Assembly (NCBI RefSeq): GCF_037042905.1
Contig: NC_087252.1
Span: 5,892,001-5,956,000, forward strand
Length of the DNA: 64,000 nt
Direction of reading: 5' to 3'
Source of the DNA: Lytechinus pictus
Lineage: Eukaryota
The number at the start of each line of letters is the position of its first letter. Positions within the stretch are counted from its first letter, which is position 1. The notes below the pieces were generated by a model, which did no database searches, was not told the DNA's origin, and saw only the letters and a program-made list of their open reading frames with translations. Position numbers and translations under genes: made by a program. Below, one piece after another: positions 1 through 13,100 of the stretch.

Positions 1-732
1 TCCAATTCGATGGTCTCGATATTAGTTTTGCATGTAAGTATACGTTTCAGAGGTATTCTCAAGATTGCTATATGGTGACTTGTTTGAAGTTGTCGAAATT
101 GAGTCAGCAGATTACTGATTTCGAAATTGAAAGAAAATGTTTATAGATAAACCATGAACATTATTATTTAAGTTATTCAAATTAGTAACAATCTATTTAT
201 GCAGTAAACATGGTAAAAAAATAAGTTAGCAATAGAAAGTCTCAGCCTCCATTAAAGAGAGGGGGTCTCCAGACCCCCCCCCCCCCCCTCACCATCTCTC
301 TCCTTCTCTCTTTCTTTATTTCGGAACAAAAATGGAAAGAGAATTTATTCCTGAACACCTGTCTCGGATTTTAGAACGAAATCTTCGGGTATCTATGATT
401 CACGATGAATGTTCTTCAAGAGGAGTTTCATCTTAGAATTCAGATTCTGACAGTTCAAAACAGCATTGTCAGTAATATCAAATTGGAGAAGCATGTCTTT
501 TAATAAAAAAAAAATCAAAAGATCATATTTCGTTTAACGTTTCAATATCAAGTGAGATATAATACCTTCATTCTTTGAATGTCATATTTTAAAGAGATAT
601 GATTTAGTAATGAAGATTTTTGTTTTGCACAAGCCTTGGGTTTTTTTGGTCGATCGTTTTGTTGGGGTTCGTGTGCTGGAGAGAGAGAGGGGGGACAGAA
701 AGAGAGTATGAGAGAGACAGTCAGACAAATTC

Positions 733-736
<4 letters not shown>

Positions 737-826
<90 letters not shown>

Positions 827-842
827 ATAGAGAGAGAGAGAG
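737..842. repeat. (AGAT)n microsatellite followed by (AG)n
   Basis: About 22 perfect AGAT units at 737-824. Confidence 0.97.
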
Positions 843-1017
843 ATAAAAAAAATAAGGGAGAGAGAGAGATGGAGAAGAGGAAATAAGGGGGTGTCAACGT
901 CAACGAGTCGAGAAAGTGTTTTTTTATTTGGTATGTGAAATCCTGATAAACATAATAGTTTCATGTTTTTTCTTAAAGTTTTCTTAAGAGTTTTGTCTTT
1001 ATCATTCTTGTTTCCAG

Positions 1018-1110
1018 CCGTCTCTGATTCTGATAGAGGTCAATACCAATGTTCGGCAACCAACCCTTTTGGAACAGTCACCAGTCCGGTTACTATAATT
1101 AATATTCAAT
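1018..1110 (+). CDS. Gene 1 exon: C-terminal half of an Ig domain
   Basis: cag|..VSDSDRGQYQCSATNPFGTVTSPVTIINIQ|gtaagt, phase 1-1. Confidence 0.85.
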
Positions 1111-4100
1111 GTAAGTATAGGGGCGACCATCCCGGGCCCACCATTTCTTTCGTCATGTTCGTAGAATACGCTTCACTAGCAAACCATGCCGATTTCTGAG
1201 GTGTTCTTACACATGGTACATGAAAAAGGGTATTGATTCGTTTTATTTATCCGGACACAAATATAAATCTTAAATTCAAAGACGTATTGTCAATTTGCCA
1301 ATAAGATTGTCAGCAGTGCCGAGTAACGACTCATTTCCAGTTACTATTGTAAGAAACCATGGGCAGTGAGTCACAACTAATCATGAAATGATAAACTGTT
1401 CCGAAAAAAAAAAATCCGATAATGATTGCATGACATTTTCTGCGATGAAAATTTGCTTCGATGGAAAATCTGCACGTTAACCCAAACATAAAATCTAACC
1501 TCCAAAACTAAATTAACCTTAATCCTTATATTTACATTATTCTGAACCAAAAACTCGATTAGAATGCTAACTCTAACCTTGTGCCCTTTGAGATACGAGT
1601 AAATGTCACAGAAGCAAGTGTCGTGTCACCCCCATGACTCACTCGACAAAGAATGACCCCTAACGAGCGTAAATTTAAGTAATTAGAACTTTAATTCTGC
1701 TCTGCATTTTAGAATAGAAATTATGTTATGCAGGGGAGATCTTCAGACGTTATAATCATCATCATTATTATTATAATGATATTTTCTCACGGAGCAGGAC
1801 TGTGTATGATGTCTAAGGGGGTGTTGCAAGAAAATATTTACAATCAATCGCAAATATTATGTTGCACTTTTAACATGTATAATTTGATTTTAGCTGAAAT
1901 TTCTTGTCTTCCTATGTATTTTCCTTAAGCGCTTAGAGACATTCTTTGTGATAAGCGCTATATAAATTATGTTAATTATTATTATTATTATTAATTGATT
2001 GATCACTTTTAACTACAACAAATCAGATTACACTCCTTGTTTCATGGAGCAGATTAGCAATCAATCGCAAATTTGCAATTGATTGCACGGCCACTGGCGT
2101 AAATCCTTGGGTCACACCTATTGTTCAAGGGGGGATGATCTATTATTCCAACCCTTCCTGAACAATAGGGGTTACGCAAGGATTTACGCCAGTTTGCACG
2201 GCATATGCTTGATTCCGGTAACAAAAATTGACTTGCAAAGATCGCAAGCTTTTTGCAATGCCCCATAAGACTCAATAAAAGCGATTTTACTTAACCCGTT
2301 AGAGTCACATCTTTATACCTTGGTCACATTTGCTCTACGGCGGCCGTACGGCAAGTCGAAAACAGCTGTTTTAACATTTTTAGGGCATCAGCTACATAGA
2401 GGTGATTTGAAAAAAAAAGAATAAAACGGCTGTTTTCGACTCGCCGTACGGCCGCCGTAGAACAAATGTGACCGAGGTATTAATGAGACTGATATATTGA
2501 CCTAAAAGCAGAGTTGATATCCTTGTACAGTTAATTCCAATGTATCATTACTCCCTGGCTTGTAATCCATGTGTCCTTGTCAGAGCCTTGACCTTAAAGA
2601 AAACAAGTTTAGGTATACAAAGAATCGTAACAAGTATCAATCTAATCAAAATAAAGAAAAAACAAGCAAAAAAAATAATCGTTTTTAAAAAGGTTGCAAA
2701 ATCAAAGGAAGGTTAATAAAGGAATTCAAAAGAGCACTTTTTAAAAACAAAATATTATACATTAAGAGCATAACATCGCTTTCCTTACATTTTATTGGCA
2801 ATAATGATTTCCATTTTCTATCATTTCTATTGTTAAAATTGTCATTTTTAATTTATTTTCAATAGTATTGCAATTGCTATCATTATTGATGTCAGTGATT
2901 CAACAAATTTTTCGTATCATTATCAATAGAATAATGAATGTACACTTATATTTTATTGTTATAAGTATTATCAGCGTATTATCATATTCATGTTCATAGC
3001 ATAATACTTTACTTGCTTCGATAGTGGTTTTTTTTTTCATTATAACTATCATCATTAATATTGGTAGTACGAATGCAGTCAAATATAATTACAAGCTACA
3101 TTTCACAATTAACATGAATGACCGGAATTATTATGTTATTGTTATTGTTGTTTTTATTGTCCAACTTAATGAAAATTCATTTTTTTTACCTAATTTAATA
3201 ATTTAATTTTACAAAATACAACACAATCATAAAAAATATACATAAATCAAGGAGCAACAAATACAAAATGTCGACATGCACATAATGACATATTCATTCA
3301 TATAAATAAGTTAATTAGAAGTGTATTACATCTATTTTATTACAATACGAAGAACAAGTAATCAGTGTTATTAAGATTAAATTTTGGATCTGCAAAATGA
3401 ATAATAGAATATTATACATTAGGTATCATGATATATTTCTAGAACAATGTAACTCTAATCAAATTGTTTTAATTACTAGGGCCGTTGAGGTTTGTAGAGA
3501 TTCCTCCATCAGTATTGGATATGGCAGAAGGGCAGAATATATCGGTGCAATGCAACGTGACGGGCTTCCCTCACGCAAGGATACTGTGGTACAAGATAAA
3601 TGGATCGGTGAGTATTATTATGTCGGAATGCATTCGTTAACAAATATTTCTTTACAAAGTACACTACTGATTATGACTCTTTTGGGGCGTTGCAAGAAAG
3701 TTGCAGTCAATAACAAGTCACGTTTAGGTCAGAATAAATCACAATTCTGGCAATTAACTTAAAATTTACACTTGATTGCTAATTGTTTTAATTGAGCGTA
3801 ACAAATTATGCAACCCCTTAGTGTTATAGAGTTGGACACGCTTGCTGGCCTTTAAATATGAGAATTTGAGTGGCCAGCAATACACAGTTTAACGGATCAA
3901 AGTTAAAATCAAGAGTTATATTTCGCTTCACTATATAATTTGCTTATATAATACTTTATTCATAATATTTGAGGGATAATATACTGGCTTTAGAATGCAA
4001 ATCGTATTTCTCACTTTGTTATACCAAATACAAAGACTTTTAGGTTAGTACATTTTGACCTTCAAATCGCAGGCAAACACGCTAACCACAGACAGATGAT

Positions 4101-7100
4101 AAAGCTTTCTGAAGACAGCAAATTAAAGACTTAACGAAACTTATGCTTTTTGTGCTTCTTGGAACAGTCCATCAGCCATAATGCTCTTTTTTGCCAATTT
4201 AAACGAGAAGCTTTAATATGATTTGGATAATACAGATTTTCACAAGCCAAATACATGGATGAATCACAACTTATGTTATTCAGCGTACCGACGGGGGGGG
4301 GCAGACAGCCCCCCTAATAAAAATCACAATGAAGGGGGGGGCAGGGGAGAGAAAAGGAAAGAAAGATAAAGGAAATCCCGTAATAATGCTATGGCTGATC
4401 ACTTGTTTGTACAGCGGCGAAGAAATACTAATCATTATTCTTATGACTAATATTGACAACACTGCAAAGGGTTGCTCTTGTCGTGAGTGGGACATAGAAA
4501 TATGTGGGACCCGGTAGTTGCCTCAGAGCTCTCCTGTATGACTCCTCTTTGCTCGATTGTCATGAAAGCACCAAGGTACAGCCCCCATATCTCTGGCAGG
4601 AAAGACTCATTTTGTGTCTGGCCTATTTTGAGACCCTCCTGCAAATAGGAATTAAATTCATATTTGTCAGTTTAGAGAAATTGTTATGTGAATTCAAAAC
4701 TTTATACAAAGCAGTGTCAGTTAAAAATTTATTATATTTGTTGCTTATGGTGTGTGTTAATTATCTTGAACAATATTACGCTGGAACTGAATCATATTTT
4801 CAAGGTGCCCTGCTGAAAGCAGTGGCTTAACGAGCCAAAAGTTTTGAGGGAGCTAGACATGGCGTATCGCATGGAAGCGATAAATAAATAAATCTAAGTT
4901 TTTGATAGATAATTAATATAATATTTAGAAATAATATCATATATATCCCTCCTCTCTTTCCTTGACTTTTTTGTATTGGTCGTGACAAAATTTGGGCGGA
5001 CAAGAGTCAACCCAACCCCCCCCCCTCCTCCTCTGTACGCCACTGGATGGAAGACATCATTTTATGGCAATATTGTCATTTGATTTTTTTATGACAGAGT
5101 TTGGCCTAAGATACGCGGAAAGGCATTTATCCCAGGGTTCTTATCTAATATTTGTCGATATCTAATGTGTTGTATTGTTTTCTGGTCGTTTCCAAATCAT
5201 GGTACTCACCAATTTAATAATTCGTCAATGAAATATCAATTAATTGATTAAAGTCAAAAGTCTATATCTAAAGAAATGTTCACTTATCGCCTTCTAGCAG
5301 TGAACTCTTCATTTTAAGATAAAAACCTCAGAAGAGGTTTGCATGGATCTTCCTAGTATTATTTCAAGACCTTAAGACTTGTTGCATTTCCATTTCCTCT
5401 CATAAATAGCCAGATATGCATGTCTTCAATCTGTTCTCCTATAACTTTTTATAGATTAGAAATACAAATTGAAATTAGGAGACATGTGAAGGATGACATA
5501 TTCGGAATGGGGTTGAACTTTTCACCTTTTAACGCGCCACACTGTTATTGTGACGACTAAAACATCTTGAGGATAGGCTAAAATGTCAAGTTGGGAAAAC
5601 CACCTGATAATAAGTTCAATCATTTGAGATTTTTTGCATTTGATTGTAACTGACTATGCGTCTAGTCATCTAGGATTATTTAAAGCCTAACTTGTATTCG
5701 ACACAGCTGGAATACATACCCTTTTGGTTTATTTTATGGTTTCAAATGTCAGACTTGATTTTTCATTGTCATGATTGTGTCATGGTGGGGGGGGGCATTA
5801 AATGATAATGTTGAACATGCGGTTTTTTGAAGAGCGAATATTTTTTTAAAGATATATATCATTAGGACATATCTTAAGTATTGGTTATTTAAATAAATAC
5901 GATTCAACATTTTGACGTTAAGGGTGCAGTGGTTATAAGATACAATTAATCTGCTGTCTGTATCAGTAAGGTAATATAGCCCTTAAAATGATGGATAATC
6001 ACCGTCTATTATGAATATCAATTGAAGCCCCCAACCCCCCCCCCCCCATTCCCACTGTGCATTTAACAGCACATACATCATAAAATGTTTAAGTAAAACA
6101 TGCTCACATTATCCAAGATTTCACAAAAAAACCCGCAATATTAACTTCATATGTTTCTAATTTCACAGGATAGCGAGCAGATTTCAAACTCATCGCACAT
6201 GGTAATCACCAACATGTACTCAGAAAGGGTATCCTGGTCAAGACTTGATATTGACGCCCTCAACGTTAGTGATAACGGGATGTATCGGTGTGAGGCAACC
6301 AATGTCAATCAACAAATCAGCACAAACTTTGATCTTGTAGTGCACGGTAAGAACATAGCCATGTCACATAATACATACCATTACTTATACAAATCAAGTA
6401 TAACTTGATTTTATTCAAGGCAAATAATATTCAGATGAATAACAACATAAAATTCCGAATACATGTCTTTGATTTCTCGGATATCGGCGTACATTCAATA
6501 TTCATGATTGTTTCAATTTGATTTAATATTTGGCAAAAATAACATAATCAAGAAGTTACAAAGTAATAAAAAAGATACATGTAAGTGAATAAGGACCTCT
6601 TAAAATCAGCCTATGCTTGTGTTTGAGGACCTGAAGGTTGAATTGTTTTCATTTAGACAATACCTTAAATAGATTATCTTTGAGTGAGATGAAAGTTTAA
6701 TTGACTTGTGCAATATTTTTTAAGCTTCTACCAATCTTAACAAATACTTTGGACAAGTTATCATCCATTCCTCTGGAGTTATTTCAAGTCAAGCGATCAG
6801 TTGGACACTTCATTCAATGCTTCATTCATTTGTTGTAAAATTTATGGGAATACTCCTGTAAATAATGTTACTAGTGTCAAGGAATCAGCGCCTAACAATG
6901 CCTATTCGACTGTCCAAAATAAATGTTGTTTTTTATTTTTTTTTTCTTAGCCCCACCGAGAATAACTTCTGTACATCCTGCGATCAGAACTGTTCACGTG
7001 GGGATGGAAGTTGTCTTTGAATGTTCGGCCACAGGGTTCCCTCCACCAAAATTTACTTGGTTCATGAATGAAAGAGTAAGTTTTATTTCTTCACCAGATT

Positions 7101-10100
7101 AATCAAATCCACTTTGTATTATTCATATTTTTTTGGCGAATTTGATTAATTTGATTCCATCCTGCCAATACAGATAATCCCAAATACAAAGGAATTCAAA
7201 TTTAAATTTAAACGAACATCAAACGCTATGGTTAAGAAACCAATTCATTCATTGTTATTCATCATAAATGACCTGGAAGAAAGGGATTAGGTGCTTTATC
7301 AGAATAGTATGGATCACTGTTATGTAGTCTTGGTAGATCTCTGCAATTATAGATCACTCGAAACATGAACTCAAACAAAACAGAGAAAAATCTTTAGAAA
7401 CCGACTTAATAATTCTTCTCAATTTATTTTTCCTGAATCGAAGTAGGACGTGTACAAATATTTTGTTTCTTTCACGTACTATTAAAGCCCGGAATTAGAT
7501 ACACCAATAATTACACAGAAATATGATGCCAAAACATTATTGTTCGGTCTTGGTAGATTTATGAAATCAGAGATCTTTCGGAATAGGACGAAACAATTGA
7601 TTAGTCATTCTTTACTGTCTTGTCCCCGCATCAAATGCAGATGTGTAATAAGAATAATATTTCGTTCCATGTAATATAGTCCGACCAAACTTTATTACAG
7701 CAAGATGCTGCTAAATAATAATAATAATATGTCCATTTATATAGTGAAGTTACTATGTGCACAATTCTCCACTGCGCTTTGATACTTGTTCAAGGCAATC
7801 AAGCAAGTACAAAATAATGGACTAATGTAAATATACATTTACTTGATTTTTCTTAACAATTTATGTAAATGTTCACCCTATTATTTTCTTCATTGTTATG
7901 TTCTTTCTCAAATTGTTTTCTTTTGTTTTGTTTGTTTGTTTGTTCGTTTTGCAAGGCCATACCACGTATTGGCAACACACATTTCCATGAAGGTTGGGAT
8001 GGAATCCTTACAATCGACAGAGTTATAGAAGCTGATGCAGGCAACTACACCTGCCAAGCTTTTAATGATATTGGATATGAATACAGTGATACAACAAGAC
8101 TAGATGTATTTGGTAAGTCCGTCGTGTGAATAAGTTTCCATGAAATTTGCGAGAACGCACAGGCAAATATTATTCATTAATTTATTTATCGGGATAGGAT
8201 AATCCGTCGTCGTTTTACTTGAAGGGTTTGTTGTTGTTGTTTATTTATTTTTAGCGGGCATTTGGTGTTGTATTGTTTCGTTAAAATTACTGTTTGCTCT
8301 AAAATGTAATGTTAATTTAGCCCCCCCCCCCCTAAATTGTGCTTTCAAAACTGTTTCATTGATGATTAAAAGTAATGCTGTAAGCTACTGAAATGTTGCA
8401 ATCTCATTGGGTAAGGTCAAGGCACTTTGAGTTATATACATTAGCGTACCTACGGGGGGGCAGACTACCCCCTGACACAACCCATGCAAGGGACATATCC
8501 CTGCCCCCCCCCCCTGACGAGTCTTGAAGACCTTTTTTTTTTTTTTTTGCTTGTCAATTTTTTTTGGCGGAATTGGCCCCCCTGTGGAAAATCCTAGGTA
8601 CGCCACTGGTTACATAACATTAATAATTTAAATGCTACAGGGTCTGAGCTATATCATTATTTTGGGGGCCTAGCTTACGACTTAACATGGTATAAAATAT
8701 TCAAGAATTCATTTTCAACATTATCATTTGGGCAGTTCAATAAAGCATGAACATCCAACCCCTATTTCATGGGGCTTCTAAAAATGATGTGCCTTTGTTT
8801 CTGGTTCATCTAAAATGTTGCTTTGCTCTCGAATTATTATGGCTCATGATTTTAGCAGTTCGAAAAACAAAATGGCTTTTGAGGAAAGGGGCGGGGTGGA
8901 TGTACTGAAATAACTGTCTTTCTCGAAACCGTTGATGATTATCTTTCTGTTTCATATCAAGGTATATACTTCAGGGAAAGAGCGCCACCTGTAGTAGCAG
9001 TAGAAGAAGGCAACTCGACAGAGCTTGTGTGTGATGTTGGCGGTGCCGATTATGGTGTTCGAATTGAGTGGTTTAAAAATAGAACACCAATTCAGTCCCA
9101 GTGTACACCGCGTCAAGCTGATAGGTAAATATTTTTTGGCTCAAACGTTCAAGTTTTGTGATGCAAAGTAACCCGTAACCCCATATAGGGGCAGATACGC
9201 ATCTGAAAAAGGGCGGGGAATTAGAAGGAAAAAAGGGGGATTTTAGCCTCTCATTCGACAATTGTAGTGGAATATAATCCAGAACTATCATAATAACACT
9301 CGAATTTTGTAAAAGTGAAGAATACATCGGTTCCCTTTTCTCAGCTACTAGTTACTTGTCAAAATTTTAGTTGTGCTTTTTTTAATACATGAATTTTTTT
9401 TTTAATATTTACTTTTTATTTACAAAAAAGTGCAATGACAAATTATCTTACACATTAATCTTAGTGAAAGAATATCAGACAGATATGGTACCCTAAGAAT
9501 AACGGTTTACTCCATGCTTAAAAAGTGATAATTTATGTGGGTTTTTTTCATTGGGCCTATATGAAAACACTTTATTTGGATCTGGCATCTGATGTAACAT
9601 CGCCAACTTTTTTTTCCAGTAAATTAACTTTGATGTGATACCATCTACATCATAACTGTTTCATGGAATAAACTTTTATATAAACCAGTTAAAAATTAAA
9701 ACGAAAACACTTATTTGACAAAATATTGAATACGCTTTAAAAACTTTTTAGTTCATTTATATTGTAATATTGTTGATATTTTATCATTTTCATTATGTTC
9801 CCTTTTTTCTTCCGTTTGCACTAGTTTGCCAAGATGTAAATACATGATAATGAACAACACTCTTACTATTCTGAGGGTTAGTCAGCGAGATTTAGGGACT
9901 TACGTTTGCAGAGCTACGGAACAGGGAAAGGCTGATCCCGATGTTATACGAGCAGAAACCAAAGTGTTATTTGCAGGTCAGTATTTGTCAAACACTCTTG
10001 CTGTATACATGGTCCGATATAGAACAGACTTCACCCACGAGCTTGTAAGCAACGAGCATTTTTATTTGTCGTGTAATGGACTCGAGAATACTCTATTATT

Positions 10101-13100
10101 ATCCGTGGAGCCTTGACAAAAAGCCCCGCAATTTGTATTGACGAAATTGTGATGATGATTTGACAGAGTTTGATAATCATCTTTCCAATCATCACAATTG
10201 ATTTGATCAGCAGAATTCATGATTATTTCGATTATTACTATGTTTCGTACTGGTTGCTCTTTTGTTATCTCTTTGAATTTCTATATTTTGCTCACCATCC
10301 TTTTTTTGTCTTCCATATTATTTTGTTTGTAGCCCCCCCCCCCCTGCCCACACACACACACACACACGCACAATGAATTCGCCATTAAAATAGAGCGAAA
10401 ACACGCACTGCATAATTTTCAATGGCGCATAAGTGAGACATATTCATAATATAAAATATGTATTATTTTTGTTTAAAACATCTCAAGTGTTTGTTATATT
10501 TTCAGTAAAATATAATTTTTTTGTTTTTTCAATACTTATTAATTAAACAAAATTGATAGTGAACGTGAGAGGAATGTTTATTGTTTAACTTCTAACTTTG
10601 ATGAGTTCATATTTGCATTACAAATTACTTTTCAGCCGAATGTTTCAATACATGCCCACCCAGTGACCGACCGTGACCCGGAGGAGACAAAGCATTGGGG
10701 GGCACAGCATTGTTCACAAACAATAAAGTGCCCCTCCAATGCTTTGTCTCCTACGGGTTACGGTCCGCTACTGTGCCCACCCCACCAATCTGCTTCCCTT
10801 AAGAAAACAAATGTTGCCTGGTAGATTCTAACCTATAAGAACTTAGCAATTCTAAACAACTCGTATGACTTTTCCTTATTTTCTCTGATTCTACAGCTCC
10901 CGTTGTTATCTACCCAAGATTAAAAGATGTTCACACAGGGGATGCAGGCCAACCCTTAACGTTAGAATGTAAGGCAAAGGGAAGTCCGCCCCCTACTGTT
11001 GAGTGGCTGTACAGGGGACTTCATTTGCTCAACGACTCGCACAGATTGGTAAACTTTTCATCTTACGATTGGATTCACTTTATTAAAGCTTAGTAAATGT
11101 AGCGAAGTGTAATATATCATTAACAATAAATACAATTTATATGTCTATTTTAATCATAATCAAGATTATAATTAGCTGTAGCCAGTTTGATAAAAGAAAA
11201 TGAAATCCCATAGCCAAAGTGTTTAGGCTACTTAAACTACGCGGGGACTAGTTCTTTATGATTTAGGTAAGGGCAACATGTGACTAAATTGACTTTGATA
11301 ATTGGTTAATTGCTCATTTTGATGTGTCAATTTACAATCTGAGGGAGAAGTTAGCAACAGGCGTTGTAAAGTGCCATTGTTGAAGGTGTAACGTTCGGAA
11401 AATAATAAAAGTTGATATAAGAACTTCATGCGATCGAGGTTGGAATGACAATAGCCGCAAATTGACAAATTGTTTGACCATGTTTTAGATCTCGGGAGGG
11501 ACTATAAAGTTTCGACGGCTGATTGCAAGGGATAGCGGCCATTACCTGTGCGTAGCGAGCAATAACATCACAGAAGCCAGGCAAGATATCAGAATCAAGG
11601 TCAATAGTAAGTATCCGTTGGTTTTTTAATGATGATAATAAAAAAACAAAAATTACCTTTTAAATCATTTCTAGGCACTTCTGAAAGTAAAAAAATCCCG
11701 AAAGGATGTGTTAGTGAGTTAATTTTATTAATTTGAGGTACATTTGAATATACAAGTATATTTCAAGATTTGTTTTGAACATGTCTACTGTATTAAACGT
11801 GATAGTACTAGAAACATCACCGCAACATTTGATATTGTATGCTCTTCATTCAATATCTCTTTGATAGATATTCGTCAACCATATCATTGCCGTGTCATCT
11901 GCTTGATAAAGTTGATCTTGATTGTGTACAGAACAACTAATCAATCAAATGTCGTCCGTTTCATAACATTGCCATTATCGTGGGGAACGTTTTGAGGGGG
12001 ACATGATGAAATTACTTCAAGCATTCTCATCGAAAATTGGTTTTCATGCCCACTTTTTTTTACTAATATTAACTCGAAGTCCTGTGAACAAAAAATATAG
12101 TTGGATATTTTATATTCTGTTGGCATCCCCAAAACAGAAAATGACTAGTAACTTCAACTTCCATATGAGCTTCTTTTTTTTCTTTCATTCTCCCCTGCCA
12201 CCTCATTCCTCCTTTTCTCTCACCTCTCCCTTCTCTCCCTTTATCTCACTTTAGGTGCACCTCCAATGCTAAATCTTAAACTGAAGCACTCGGGTCGATC
12301 AGTGACATTGGACTGGAACGTCGTTGGTAATGGTGGCTACCCTGTGACGAGTTTCAAATACGAATACAGAATGATATCACCGAAGACCGGTAAATGGTCC
12401 AGAGACAAGCTCCCTCCGAACATGGTAGGCATTATGTATTATTATACTATGGTGATATGGATCCTGATAAAATGATTAACTGAAGCGAATCACGTGACCA
12501 GTCATTAATCTGAGCTTAATGGGAAGTGTGATATGATCGATACTAACTACCTAGCTCTACTGACTGATAATGGTTTTGAGATGGGGATTGTTAGTCGAAT
12601 TATAAGGGTCCACACTACGATCTTACACTGCAAAAACTCTGGTGTTGATTTAACACCAGCCCGGAATGTATTTATGTCCACACCAGAGATCTTGTTAACA
12701 CCAGTTTCGTTTTGGTCTAACACCAGATTATTATTAAAACAACATCGGTTTGATTCCGAACTGGTGTTGTTTAAATACTTCTCTGCAGGGTGTGGACATA
12801 TATACATTCCGGGCTGGTGTTAAATCGGGGACATCCCGATAGACCGCGGGTCCGATAGACCGCGGGTCCGTTAGACCGCGGGTCCGATAGACCGCGGGTC
12901 CGTTAGACCGCGGGTCCGATAGACCGCGGGTCCGATAGTCCGCGGGTCCGATAGACCGCGGGTCCGATAGTCCGCAGTGTGTGTAAAATTATGATCAGAT
13001 ATATCAAATGTCATCGAGAGGTCCAAAGGTCAAATGATACGAGGCCATGGGGTTCTATCAGGTGCGGATCCATGGAGGGCCGAGGGGGAACTGCCTCACC

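Noticed and set aside
721..964. ORFs with LSIY repeats
   Set aside because: Translation of the (AGAT)n microsatellite.
4277..5045. A single hAT-like element
   Set aside because: The ends resemble the 8439-8608 family, but no matching TSD could be identified; probably fragments.
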